Positions 20,630 to 30,610 are shown, counted from the stretch's first letter. The stretch is DNA of 64,000 bases from Candidatus Bathyarchaeota archaeon (GCA_963815095.1 CAWFFH010000003.1:256001-320000), one strand, 5' to 3'. Made by a program: numbers and translations. Notes: a model not told the origin generated them from the letters alone.

Positions 20630-21413
20630 TGAATTTATGTTTTTTGTGGCAAACTAACAAACCAGCAGCCACCAAGGCAACTGCTACAGTAAAAACAGCG
20701 ACAACAGGCACAACAGTAAAAGACTCTGGTTTAGCAATAGCTACGGTGAAGCTGATTGTTTCAGACGCGCCCATATTCCCATAGGTATCGTTAGCATAGA
20801 CAGTAACGTTGTGCAACCCATTTGGCAAACCATTGAGGGTGAAATTGCCGCTGATGGTGCTGTTTTTTTGGCCGTCGAGGCTGTAGCCTGTCCAATTAAC
20901 TTTATCGACTGTGAACATCAAGGGTACGTTTGTTTCTGTGTATGTCTGATTTATGGGTGATAGCGCCTGGATCTTGGGCGTGGTTGTTTCCACTATGAAG
21001 TGGACTGTTTCACTATCCCAGCAACTGGGTCCGGTTACCCAGTGGGCTTCCACATAGACAGATAATGTGTGTGGTCCGTCGGAGAGCTCTGGGAGCATCA
21101 CAGATCCAATCACTCGGTTCTTGCTCCATATCATCGAAGGAGAGACCACAAGTGACACATTGATGTTGGGTGTTCCGTCCAGACTGTAGGTAGCTGATAA
21201 ATGAATTGGTGAGAAGAGCTTGGTTGAAAAACTGATGTTAAGCGTGACTATTCTTGAACTGTATGTGGTGTTGACTGGAAACAATATGTAAGGTCCTGTT
21301 GCAAGGCGGGTTCCACTGTCATCAAATATGTCCGCTTTGATGGGGAGAGTCAAGGCTGAAGCTAACAAGAAAAGCGCCACGACGAATGCTAAGGCTAATG
21401 TTATTCCCTTCAT
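20610..21413 (-). CDS. Secreted Ig-like domain protein with C-terminal anchor (start probably MKGITL, 21413)
   Basis: Signal peptide; two YSLDG...G.H..VY modules; KPESF-TM-KKHK. Confidence 0.78.
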   Translation of the reverse strand: MKGITLALAFVVALFLLASALTLPIKADIFDDSGTRLATGPYILFPVNTTYSSRIVTLNISFSTKLFSPIHLSATYSLDGTPNINVSLVVSPSMIWSKNRVIGSVMLPELSDGPHTLSVYVEAHWVTGPSCWDSETVHFIVETTTPKIQALSPINQTYTETNVPLMFTVDKVNWTGYSLDGQKNSTISGNFTLNGLPNGLHNVTVYANDTYGNMGASETISFTVAIAKPESFTVVPVVAVFTVAVALVAAGLLVCHKKHKFNLVKKV

Positions 21414-21583
21414 AGTTTCCAGATGAAGTGAGCTCTTAGATGCATTTAGCTCTCCCCAGAGAACAGCCTGTTCCGCTAAGAGAACGCTTCGTTCCTCTAA
21501 AAGAGTAATATACATCTTACTGCAGCGATATTAATTGTGAAAAGACATGAATAAAATAGCTCTTGTGCTAACAATGGTAGTAA

Positions 21584-22877
21584 TTATCTGTTTGATTTCT
21601 GCTGCCATAGTTGCTTACAATCAGTTATTTTGTCAGTCTCAGTACTTTCGAGGGGATAAACCAACAAACCAACAACCACCAATGCAACCACTGCCACAGA
21701 AACAGCTAATACAGTTACAGTTGGAAAAACTTTTACGTTAAAGTGCAGTGTGTTTGGAGCACTGAAAATTCCATATTGATCCTTTGCGTAAATAGTCACA
21801 TTATGTTCTCCACTGGGCAAGTTATCCAAAGCAAGTGATACATTTGAGTCTGTTAGTTACATTGGCTTGATTATCTAAAGAGTAAAGAATTTGTGAAACA
21901 GGTTTATTCACAGAAAAATCCAGCACAACCTTAGCGGTATCATAGGTTTTGTTTTGGATCGTTGTAAAAGAAATTGTTGGAAGGATACTATCTATCGTAA
22001 AATTAACTGATGCAGAGCTGCCAATGTCATAAACATAAGAGGTGTTTTCAGATACAAAATTTCCCGCTCCAGCAGCAAAAACGGTTATTGTATGATTTCC
22101 CTCAGACATTCCAGTTAAAGAATCATTGAAGAAATTAGTTGAAGAGGTATTGTTTAAGTGGTATTCGGAGTTATTATTTTTTTCCCAAGCGACTTGGTAC
22201 CAGACGTCAGTAAGGACCGATGCATCTTTTGATGTGGTGGCTTTGAATGATAAAGAAACATTGTTGGCGGTAAAGATTGTGCTGTTTGGAGAGTATATTA
22301 TAATTTTGGGCGGTATAGCGCCTTCTGGTGCAGATACAGACCCGCCCCAAGCATATTGGTCATCGTTTACGTAGAATATTATCCTTGACGAATTACCTAT
22401 AACCGTATTGTGTGTGTAATCGTCAGTCCAATAATCGTATTGTCCTTCCGCGCTAACAGACATTGTATGTAATCCTTGAGAAAGCCCATTCAGCGGTAAT
22501 ATGTAGTTTAAAGTTGCTGGAATTGGATGTTCGGATAATCCGGTGTAGTTGTCGTTTGCAGGAATTGTAACAGGTGGTTGTCCATCTATGCTGTATCGAA
22601 TATAGTTTACTTTACCTTGGCAATCATAGTTGTAGAGAATTGCTCCTGAAGTAAACCATGATGCGGGTTTGGTTACTGTTAACTTTAGCTCAAAGTCTGG
22701 ACCGTAAACGTGGTTTTTTAGTGGATTTAAGACTGTGATTGAGAGTGGAGTAAAATCTGGGCCTGAATTCATAACTGGCCCCATTTGAGCAAAAGCACTG
22801 TCCAAAATTGATAACTGCGCTATCATCAATAACAGGAGCACTGAAAAGAACGTTATCACTACAGCTTTTCTATTCAT
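21584..22877 (-). pseudogene. Secreted multi-Ig-domain protein split by frameshift near 21855
   Basis: Third Ig module YSLDNQANVT continues as DNLPSGEHNVTIYAKD in another frame; basic tail also disrupted. Confidence 0.75.
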
Positions 22878-22911
22878 ACATACCTAACTTTACTTTTGAA
22901 TTGCCTGACCT

Positions 22912-22980
22912 TAAAAGACTTCTTGTCAAGGAACCTGAACTAAACCCGTTTTTCTAAGTCAAGAATTCTGGACTAACAGT
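22912..22980. repeat. Second copy of the ~69-bp promoter repeat, palindromes at 22922-22943 and 22955-22976
   Basis: CTTGTCAA-GGAACC-TGAACTAA and TAAGTCAA-GAATTC-TGGACTAA; about six mismatches to 16859-16927. Confidence 0.9.
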
Positions 22981-23085
22981 CATTTGGAAAATACTCATTT
23001 ACCAAAGGCCTTCATTTTCATCATAACTGAATATTAAAAAACTTATAACGGGCTTTTTACCTAATCTCAATTGGAAGTTATTGAT

Positions 23086-23253
23086 ATGGATGGTCCTCAA
23101 TTGCCAGTTACTCCCAGGCTGTGTGATAATGTTGCTTCTCCATGTTCAAGATGTGACAATGCAGGAGAAGAGGGACCAAAAGACCCTATACTTTGCGAAA
23201 AATGTGAAAAATTCAAAACTTGGGAAGAAAAAGAGTGCTCTCCAATAGATTAG
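23086..23253 (+). CDS. Small Cys-rich (zinc-finger-like) protein
   Basis: CSRC...CEKC plus two more Cys; TTATAA upstream. Confidence 0.55.
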   Translation: MDGPQLPVTPRLCDNVASPCSRCDNAGEEGPKDPILCEKCEKFKTWEEKECSPID

Positions 23254-23294
23254 TTCTATTGAGACACAACAAGCATTCCAATTTTTGTTTAGGG

Positions 23295-23741
23295 TTATTC
23301 GGGATTAGCTATGCTTGGGTGGATTTCAAACGAGTAAGTTATAGGCACAGTTCCTTTCAACATTCCGCCCACCGAACAATACGTCTCCATAGATAAGTCA
23401 ATGGCTCTTTTGACTGCCTCTGAACTCACATTTTCGCCTCTAATTATATATTTCAAATGAATTTTTGTAAAGATATTTGGGGGAGGATCATCCCTTCTTT
23501 CCGCTATGGCTTCAACTGAGTAACCTGTTACTTTTTGTCGTTTCTTTTTAAGAACTATTAAAACGTCATAACTGCTGCATGCCGCTAAGCTTGCAAGCAC
23601 ATTTTCCATGGGGGTTAAAGCAGTTTCTTCACCGCCAAATTCTTGTGATGCATCAAACCTAACAGAAAGTCCTTTTTCGTTTTTTGCGATCAAACGGTAA
23701 TTGCGTTCCCAATCAAGAAATATTTTCTTTGTAGAAGTCAT
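23295..23741 (-). CDS. OsmC/YhfA family protein
   Basis: TPME.VLASLAACS..DV...L.KKRQ, AIDLSMETYCSV. Confidence 0.9.
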   Translation of the reverse strand: MTSTKKIFLDWERNYRLIAKNEKGLSVRFDASQEFGGEETALTPMENVLASLAACSSYDVLIVLKKKRQKVTGYSVEAIAERRDDPPPNIFTKIHLKYIIRGENVSSEAVKRAIDLSMETYCSVGGMLKGTVPITYSFEIHPSIANPE

Positions 23742-23892
23742 AGTTTCTGTTAGGTGAAATTTGACTAAAAACCTTTGCCTTTCAGGCACTGGGTCTTTTG
23801 AATAGGTAGAATTTTCAGTAATAGAGAGTGCTTTCTTTGTACATTTAGAAAGTGTAAAAGAAGATTGAAGTAGCAGCTCGAATTTATGAGAT

Positions 23893-24333
23893 TTAGATTT
23901 TGTTTCGTTTTTGGTCTATTACTTTTTTCGCTAAAGCCACTGCATCTTCTCTTGTTTTGCCATATAATGCACCGATTTTGTCGGCATCCTCTTTGTCTAC
24001 AGCAGCCCCGCCTATCATAACTACAACTTTGTTCTTTAGCCCTTCAGCTTCTAAGGCAGAAATCAGTTTTAGAAGATTCTCTTTAGCACCAGAAATGCTA
24101 ACAGTAACAACAATTATGTCAGCGTTTGTCTCTTTGATCTTTGAAACAAATTCTGCAACAGAAACACCTTTTCCGACATCTACTGTCTTAAACTGAGCCG
24201 TTTTTAGTGATTTTCTAACCATCTCTTTAGCAGTATCTATCATGTCGGGATGGAGAGTACCTATAACAATTGTTCCGATGGGATTGGCTGGTTCGGCTGG
24301 CTCTTTTTCTCTCATAGCTTTTAACCAAGACAT
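23893..24333 (-). CDS. Stand-alone B12-binding-domain protein lacking the DxHxxG His
   Basis: IVIGTL..D..D..K.MV, VDVGKGV, VMIGGAAV; DMIDTA in place of DxHDIG. Confidence 0.75.
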   Translation of the reverse strand: MSWLKAMREKEPAEPANPIGTIVIGTLHPDMIDTAKEMVRKSLKTAQFKTVDVGKGVSVAEFVSKIKETNADIIVVTVSISGAKENLLKLISALEAEGLKNKVVVMIGGAAVDKEDADKIGALYGKTREDAVALAKKVIDQKRNKI

Positions 24334-24559
24334 AAAAAAATCAAATCCACCATATTCTCTTGCTACTATTCTTAAGATATTGTGTTAAAACTATATAATT
24401 AATCATTTGCAAACGTACAAAGAGGCTATTCAAATAGTTACATAGCTACTGAAATGACACCTATGAAATACGCATTTTGTTTGTGTTGCGCTCTGTTTGC
24501 GCGGTTTTGCTTCAAGCAACGTTTTTATTTTCGCAGCAGTTTTTTAGTTTGGTGATTGT

Positions 24560-24877
24560 TTGCCTTATTGCGTCAAGTGTGGAGCTCCATTAAAGGAAGG
24601 CGACAAGTTTTGCACTGTTTGCGGCACTGCAGTTCCTAAGTTTTCACGTGAAGAGTATACTGTTTCTGGAAAAAATCTTGTTGACCGTGTTGGAGAGTTG
24701 TTGCATGAAGGAAATGTGACACGTATAATCGTTAAGGATGAAGCAGGAAAAACTTTGTTAGAAATTCCAGCAACGGTGGGTGTAGTTGGAGTCGTTGTTG
24801 CGCCTTGGTTGGCAGCTTTGGGTGTCGTTGCTGCTTTAGTTACAAATTGTAAAATTGTGGTTGAAAGAAGAGAATAA
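24560..24877 (+). CDS. Zinc-ribbon plus DUF4342-like domain protein
   Basis: YCVKCG..CTVCG; LLHEGNVTRIIVK...LLEIP...AALVTNCKI.VER. Confidence 0.85.
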   Translation: MPYCVKCGAPLKEGDKFCTVCGTAVPKFSREEYTVSGKNLVDRVGELLHEGNVTRIIVKDEAGKTLLEIPATVGVVGVVVAPWLAALGVVAALVTNCKIVVERRE

Positions 24878-24883
24878 GGTTGC

Positions 24884-25084
24884 TTATTCTGGCGGTTTAA
24901 CCAGAAGCAGGAAAATGCCCAAAAGCATTAAAATGACACTCAATGTGCCGAAAAGCAAGCCAAACGGACCCAAACCGGCGCTTGTGGCCGTAAAGTAAAG
25001 CATTATTGCACCAATTGCTATTAGGAGTAATCCGAAGAGTCTTTCGATTAAGGATACCCAGAATGTGTCGCCTTCTTCACTCAT
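24884..25084 (-). CDS. Small 2-TM membrane protein
   Basis: 66-aa hydrophobic hairpin. Confidence 0.65.
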   Translation of the reverse strand: MSEEGDTFWVSLIERLFGLLLIAIGAIMLYFTATSAGLGPFGLLFGTLSVILMLLGIFLLLVKPPE

Positions 25085-25248
25085 GACATTTTTTCTTCCT
25101 TGCGTAATTTCTTATGTGTTTCTTTCATATAAACAAGAGGAGTTATTTTAAATTTTGCTGGAAAAATAACGGCTCCTCTAACAAGGATATTCTGTTTTAC
25201 TCGTACAAACAATCAAAGCATTATTTCGCAAAATAGAAATTAAGGAAA

Positions 25249-26691
25249 TCAAATAGACTCAATTAATTTCTGAGATTTTATTTTCTTAACCTCAGTAAGG
25301 ATTCTATTCAAAATTTCCTCATCCCCTAAAACTCCACTTGGAGCGTTGACAACTATCTTAAGCGGAAGAGGTACACGATCCATACGATAAGCAGTTCCGT
25401 CCATTTCAATACCCGCAACCGCAGCTGAAAAAACCACATCAGCCATTAATGACGAGGCATTCAGGTGAGGATCAATAACGATAAGTGGATTCTTAACAAG
25501 ATGCTCTACAGCAACCTTTGGAAAACCAGCCACAGGATCTGAAGCAACAGCTAAAAAAGCATCAGACTCATGACGCGTAAGGATCTCAACTACAGAGGTT
25601 TCTCCCGGATTATATCTTGGGTAACCAAGAGAAAAATCAACACCAAAAGGAAAACCAGTTTGCCAAGTTAAAACCATATTTGCGCCAGTGACATTAAAAT
25701 GTCCTCTCATGGGCATCATTGCAAATTTTGTGCGAGAATTAAGATCCCGAACCAATTCAATAGCAGCCTCTATATTTCGAGATTTGCCTTCACTCTGAGC
25801 TAACCCCATGCCAAAGAAAAGCACCCCAAAGTTGCAGTTTACCAAAACCTCAGCAACTTCACTGAGATATTTAATCGGAATCCCAGCCACGGTATCAACA
25901 TCAATTTCTTGATCATTAACCTGCATTCGCAAGGCCTGAATAAGCTCAAAGTCTTTGTTGGGTTCTATTTGAAGAAAGAAATTTGCCATTGCAGCAGTCG
26001 AGGTTTTGCGAACGTCAACAACTATAAGCTTGCGAGCTTCCTTACTCAAAGTTTGAGGCAAAGAATTAGGATCAGAGTTATCCGTTTGAAACTGAGTTGG
26101 AGACTTCGCTAAGTCTATAGCTTGATTAACTTCTACATTGTTTTGATCAGAATGTACTTTCCGTTGGCTCTCTTCAAATCTTCCTTCAGAAAAGATAGTG
26201 TATCTTTGCATGTGTCTTGGGTGGGAACTCAACGGATCACAACCCCAATAGAGGATAAGATCAGCTCGGTGTCTAACCTCTCCTAAAGTGCAAGAAGGAA
26301 TACCTTCTTCTTGCATACCTAAAACTGATGGTCCATGACAAACAGTTGAAGTATTATCAAAAACACCGCCAACTAGCTCCGCCAATTCTATACCAATCCG
26401 CTGAGCCTCACAACTTGTACTACTCCAACCGTACAGTATGGGATAGTTCGCGTTAGCAAGAATTTCAGCAGACTTATGAATGGCTTCATCAAACGGAACT
26501 TCAACTAACACGCCGTTTTTCCTTATTAGGGGCTTTTGAATCCTGTGTGCATTGTTATAATTTAGGAATTTAGCGTTGCTAAGAACGCATCCATTTTTGT
26601 TTTTTATTATTTTTCCGTTTTCAACGGTTAATTCGATATCGTCGCACAAGCAACCGCAAAAGGGACAAGCTACAGAACTAATTATTTTCAG
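25249..26691 (-). CDS. fwdB: Formylmethanofuran dehydrogenase subunit B (Cys form), apparent CTG start
   Basis: CPFCGCLCDD, DNTSTVCHGPS, CTLGEVRHRAD, HPRH..RY, MPMRGHFNVTG, YNPGETS, GTAYRMD. Confidence 0.9.
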   Translation of the reverse strand: MKIISSVACPFCGCLCDDIELTVENGKIIKNKNGCVLSNAKFLNYNNAHRIQKPLIRKNGVLVEVPFDEAIHKSAEILANANYPILYGWSSTSCEAQRIGIELAELVGGVFDNTSTVCHGPSVLGMQEEGIPSCTLGEVRHRADLILYWGCDPLSSHPRHMQRYTIFSEGRFEESQRKVHSDQNNVEVNQAIDLAKSPTQFQTDNSDPNSLPQTLSKEARKLIVVDVRKTSTAAMANFFLQIEPNKDFELIQALRMQVNDQEIDVDTVAGIPIKYLSEVAEVLVNCNFGVLFFGMGLAQSEGKSRNIEAAIELVRDLNSRTKFAMMPMRGHFNVTGANMVLTWQTGFPFGVDFSLGYPRYNPGETSVVEILTRHESDAFLAVASDPVAGFPKVAVEHLVKNPLIVIDPHLNASSLMADVVFSAAVAGIEMDGTAYRMDRVPLPLKIVVNAPSGVLGDEEILNRILTEVKKIKSQKLIESI

Positions 26692-26822
26692 TTTAAGCGA
26701 CCACGCCTATTCAATTTACTGCACTCAATCCAATAGTAAATACGTTTGTTGAATAAATAACTAAGTACTACCACGGCAATTTCCAATATAATTTTTAATT
26801 AGTTTACAAAAACCTGCGATAA

Positions 26823-28202
26823 TTAGTCTAAACAAACATGTACTTTGGTTTTTCGACGCTTAAAAACCAATGCAACAAAGAGCAGTGAAAGAAGCAAAGG
26901 CACAACTACAAACCATGATAACTCCCTAACGGTGGGAGTTGGCGATGAGGTTGGCGTTTGTGATGGGAGTTCTGATGGAATTAGGATTATTTGAGGCTGA
27001 GGAGGAAGGTTTTGAGTCCATTGTGGCAAGTAAATTGGAACGTCGTCGATATTGACTTGATTTGTTAATGGAAAATTATCTTGTCCGAAGATAATGCTTG
27101 TATAGTTGATAGTCCCGTGCTCATATACTGTCTCGTTGAGCAAATAGGGAGTATCCCATATGCCATCCCCGTTCAAATCAATATCTTTGTATTCTTCCCA
27201 GAAATTGCCGCGTGTTCCGTTATCCCAATAATTCGTTTCAGGTCCATTTGGGAAGTATTGCCTGAAGTTAGGGTCGCTGTACTGGTCGTAAATGTAGTCA
27301 TGTCTCCAAGATGGGTTTCCCATGAAGTTGTTGAGAAAGAACTCATTTCTTGACGACATACCTAAACTAATGCTATGGGTTAGTGAGTCATTAATGGTGT
27401 TTGCTTGAACTATATTGTCTAAAGAGTACCAGAACCTAAATCCCATTTGGTAGCCTGAAATTCGGTTTTTATAAAAATAGTTGTTATTGCTCCAAGTCAT
27501 GTCTATGCCACTGTAGCCAAGTGAGCTGCTCAAAATGCTGTTAGCTAGAATTACAGTGTCTGTTGTATTAGCTAAGCCAATAGTCTGTTGGACATTATTG
27601 TTTTCTACAAGGTTAAATGATCCGTATAAATAGATGTTTTCTAACGTATTACCTCTGGCTTGGTTATGGTTTCCGTTGAGTTGAACCAGTCCACGCACTG
27701 AACTATCAATTATTTGGGTATACGAACCGTTAACTTGAAGCCCAGTTGAGTAGCCAGAAATTACATTGCAACCAACAACCTGCAGCTGATCGCCCCTTAC
27801 AGAAAGATCTCCGCCTGGGTCATGCATAATTATTGTTAAGTTTTGGAATTTGCATCCGTCAGCTAAGACGGTTATGCCATCTGAATAGTCATAAAGTCCA
27901 GTTGTGAAAATCCAAGTCACATTGAAGGCTGGAAATAAAGTAATTATAACGCCTTGTGTACTTTCCCCGATAATAGTTAACGTTTTATCAATTATTATTG
28001 TCTGGTTAATTGGTCCGTTGTAGTTACCATTTCTAAAATAAATTGTGTCACCGCTAGTTGAATTTCCTATAGCTGAGGTAATGGTTGAATAATCATCTGG
28101 AACAATAATTGTTTTAGTTTGGGCTTTGACCGTGATGGATTGGGGCAAAAATAATGGAGGAAGAAACAGCAGAATAAGTAGCAATACTAAACTTCTTTTC
28201 AT
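26823..28202 (-). CDS. Secreted NosD/CASH beta-helix protein with degenerate PEF-CTERM
   Basis: IIVPDDYSTI..AI, NYWDNG.RGNFW..Y...D.NGDGI.DTPY; PTVRELS-TM-KRRK. Confidence 0.85.
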   Translation of the reverse strand: MKRSLVLLLILLFLPPLFLPQSITVKAQTKTIIVPDDYSTITSAIGNSTSGDTIYFRNGNYNGPINQTIIIDKTLTIIGESTQGVIITLFPAFNVTWIFTTGLYDYSDGITVLADGCKFQNLTIIMHDPGGDLSVRGDQLQVVGCNVISGYSTGLQVNGSYTQIIDSSVRGLVQLNGNHNQARGNTLENIYLYGSFNLVENNNVQQTIGLANTTDTVILANSILSSSLGYSGIDMTWSNNNYFYKNRISGYQMGFRFWYSLDNIVQANTINDSLTHSISLGMSSRNEFFLNNFMGNPSWRHDYIYDQYSDPNFRQYFPNGPETNYWDNGTRGNFWEEYKDIDLNGDGIWDTPYLLNETVYEHGTINYTSIIFGQDNFPLTNQVNIDDVPIYLPQWTQNLPPQPQIILIPSELPSQTPTSSPTPTVRELSWFVVVPLLLSLLFVALVFKRRKTKVHVCLD

Positions 28203-28245
28203 TTTGACCTGATTCAAAAGTAAATGTGTTTTCCATAAAAGCTTT

Positions 28246-28291
28246 TTTGTATAGGTTTCTTGACTAAGCTAAATCAAAGGTTATTGACTGG
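28246..28291. repeat. Two palindromes TTTGTATA-GGTTTC-TTGACTAA and TAAATCAA-AGGTTA-TTGACTGG (24 bp apart)
   Basis: Read directly; proximal copy 5 bp from TATA. Confidence 0.8.
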
Positions 28292-28389
28292 AAAATCAGA
28301 TTCCTCTCCAATACTTGGCTGTCTTTTCTTGATTAGCTCCAAAAATCCCCGATAATAATTACTAAAGAAGAAAAAGATAGCCCTCAGGG

Positions 28390-29226
28390 CTAAACATAAT
28401 ATTTTGAAACTCCCGCTGGCTTCTTTGGTTTAGCCATTCTCTTAACAAGCCATTTCATTTTGATGCGTTGGCTTCTTGCGTTGTTTAGGCAGAACTTCAT
28501 GCAATTGCCGCACCCTAGACATCTTTTCTCCGATGAATCGCTCATGAGGGTTTGTGCATCTATAGCTCCCATAGGACAAGCTTTGACACATGCTTGGCAC
28601 TTTGTACACTTTCTTAAGTCAGCAGAGGAGCAACCAAGTAAACCTAACACTCTTTGCTCGCCAGTAAATCTAAGTCTGAAGGGTACTTTAGCCGATATTA
28701 TAGCATCTATTGAGCTGATAGATGAGCTATCCAGTCCTTTTTTGAGCACAGAGATTCCAAGTTCTCTCGCAACTACCATGTCATCTTCGTTAGGGCGCCC
28801 AAGAGTCCCTTTAGGGTCTAAACCGTGGAATCTTTTAAACCAGTGTTGTCCTATGAATTCGCCGGCACCAATTACGTTTAATCCTTTTTGAGAGAGCAAC
28901 TCAACAAGCTGCTTAAGTGCCACTCCCGCATCCACATTGCCGTAAACAGATACAGCTATGGCAGATGTCTTCTTTGGAACTCCATCTAATGCCAGAGCGA
29001 TTCTTTCACTGGCTAAGACAGGCATTCTTGAAGCGTAAACTGGAACACCGACTACCCAAATATCTACTGTGCCAAGGTTTTGGGTATTTTGGTCTATGGA
29101 TTTTGTTAAGTCCATTCGAATTGGTGATATTGTGCTTATTGCTTTGGCAATTTCTTCGCAGATTTTGCGAGTGGTTCCTGTAGGTGAAAAGTACATTAGT
29201 CCCACGGTTGGGTTTTGGTTGTTCAT
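28390..29226 (-). CDS. Flavodoxin-like plus 2[4Fe-4S] ferredoxin fusion (EFR1-like)
   Basis: YFSPTGTT, GVPVY, VYGN, GRPNEDD, CTKCQACVKACP, CLGCGNCMKFC. Confidence 0.88.
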   Translation of the reverse strand: MNNQNPTVGLMYFSPTGTTRKICEEIAKAISTISPIRMDLTKSIDQNTQNLGTVDIWVVGVPVYASRMPVLASERIALALDGVPKKTSAIAVSVYGNVDAGVALKQLVELLSQKGLNVIGAGEFIGQHWFKRFHGLDPKGTLGRPNEDDMVVARELGISVLKKGLDSSSISSIDAIISAKVPFRLRFTGEQRVLGLLGCSSADLRKCTKCQACVKACPMGAIDAQTLMSDSSEKRCLGCGNCMKFCLNNARSQRIKMKWLVKRMAKPKKPAGVSKYYV

Positions 29227-29227
29227 T

Positions 29228-29488
29228 TTAGTTGCCTCCGTTTTGGGTGTTGACTTTGATTTCTTTGGCTTGGAGGTCAAGTCTTAGAGTTCCTTTGGTT
29301 CCTGTGACTTCGAGGACTATTCCTTCGGTGAAGGTTGCTTTGATTAGGTTGCCGATTGTTCCTTCGATTAGTGTGTTTTCTTTTTGTCCTTCTGTCATTG
29401 ACATGTGTTTGATTTGGTGTTTAGAGCTTAGTTCAATTGAGAAGAACCGCTCATTTTCTTCCTGAGTTTGCATCCGAATTTCCTCCAA
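29228..29488 (-). CDS. Hypothetical protein
   Basis: In operon between flanking genes; LIEGTIG.L...F.EG.VLEV.G.KG.LR.DL. Confidence 0.7.
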   Translation of the reverse strand: MEEIRMQTQEENERFFSIELSSKHQIKHMSMTEGQKENTLIEGTIGNLIKATFTEGIVLEVTGTKGTLRLDLQAKEIKVNTQNGGN

Positions 29489-29507
29489 GCATCATTCTTG
29501 TATTGTG

Positions 29508-29774
29508 CTAAAGCCCTGCAATTTTTTTGCTAAGTGAGCGCATACCAAAGTAGTGTATTATTACTCCAACGCTCATTCCGCACGTTGGAAACAGGAACCA
29601 TGGAAATTGGGGCACGGTCAGCGTGTTAATCACAACTAACAGACCACTAACCGCCACGGTTACTCCAACGTGAACTTTGAAGCCTTTTCTTGCTTCTTTT
29701 GATTCTTGTTCAAGGGAACTTGTTTCGATTTTTGTTTGGGTTATTTTTTGGGTGTTCATTTTATTTTTTCTCAA
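29508..29774 (-). CDS. 2TM-domain protein
   Basis: GFKVH...V..LL..IN......PWF.FP...M.VG..IH. Confidence 0.75.
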   Translation of the reverse strand: MRKNKMNTQKITQTKIETSSLEQESKEARKGFKVHVGVTVAVSGLLVVINTLTVPQFPWFLFPTCGMSVGVIIHYFGMRSLSKKIAGL

Positions 29775-29819
29775 ACAACCCTATGGTTGAAAATACCCAT
29801 TAGTTTTATTTGACAACTC

Positions 29820-29835
29820 TGTGTAAGATTACACA
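29820..29835. promoter_or_regulatory. Perfect inverted repeat TGTGTAA-GA-TTACACA in a divergent promoter
   Basis: Between the leftward operon and the ArsR-like regulator; probable operator. Confidence 0.6.
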
Positions 29836-29854
29836 AGTGTGTTGAATTGAGTCG

Positions 29855-30610
29855 GTGGTCGCTTTGGTTGAAGAAAAACGCTTAGATACGCTATTTTACG
29901 AGTTGGCAAGCGAGGATAGAATTGCAATCTTAAGAGAACTTTGTTTGTCTCAGCTAAAAATGCAGGACATAGCGCGTAAACTTGACTTGACTGCGACTGA
30001 AGCTTCTCGTCAATTGCAAAGAATGGGCCAAGCTAAACTATTAGAAAGAGGACCCGAAGGAACTTACTCAACCACTCAACTAGGTAAGCTTTTGTTGATA
30101 CTTTCAGTTTCGATGGAACTAGTCTACAAGAATGATGATTATTTTTTAGCCCACGACATAACAAAGATTCCTTTGCCATTTGTTAATAGGATAGGGGAAT
30201 TATCGCAAGCTATCTTAATCGCAGATCTTAACCTAAATTTGACTCGATGGGAAACACTAATCAAAACTGCGAAAGACTACGTTTGGTTAATGACTCCACA
30301 AGCTATGGGACATCTTAGCCGAGTAATGGCTGATAAACTTCTTGAAGGTGTCAAGCTAAGGTCAATCTTTTGCGAAAACATTCGAGAATCAAAAGCTTCT
30401 CTTCCCTCAGGAAAGAACGTTGAAAGAAAACTCTTGTCGGCCGTTCCAGTTATAATGATTATTTCAGAGAAAGAAGCATCTGTTTCCTTCCCACGACTTG
30501 ATGGAAGCGTAGACTATCCATCATTCTTTGGCACGGACCCAACATTTCTCAAATGGGCAAAAGATATGTATATTTACTATTGGGAACAAGCAAAAATCTG
30601 GTATTCTTAA
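29855..30610 (+). CDS. ArsR-like wHTH transcriptional regulator with archaeal C-terminal domain
   Basis: LFYELASEDR..IL..L, EASRQLQR, F..HD...IP..F..RIGEL, FLKWA.D.Y.YYW. Confidence 0.85.
   Translation: MVALVEEKRLDTLFYELASEDRIAILRELCLSQLKMQDIARKLDLTATEASRQLQRMGQAKLLERGPEGTYSTTQLGKLLLILSVSMELVYKNDDYFLAHDITKIPLPFVNRIGELSQAILIADLNLNLTRWETLIKTAKDYVWLMTPQAMGHLSRVMADKLLEGVKLRSIFCENIRESKASLPSGKNVERKLLSAVPVIMIISEKEASVSFPRLDGSVDYPSFFGTDPTFLKWAKDMYIYYWEQAKIWYS

Noticed and set aside
21547-21741. Plus-strand ORF MNKIALVLTMVV with signal-like start
   Set aside because: Mostly antisense to the anchor of the split Ig gene; at best a short remnant.
26330-26350. Selenocysteine in FwdB
   Set aside because: The ligand codon is TGT (Cys); no in-frame TGA.
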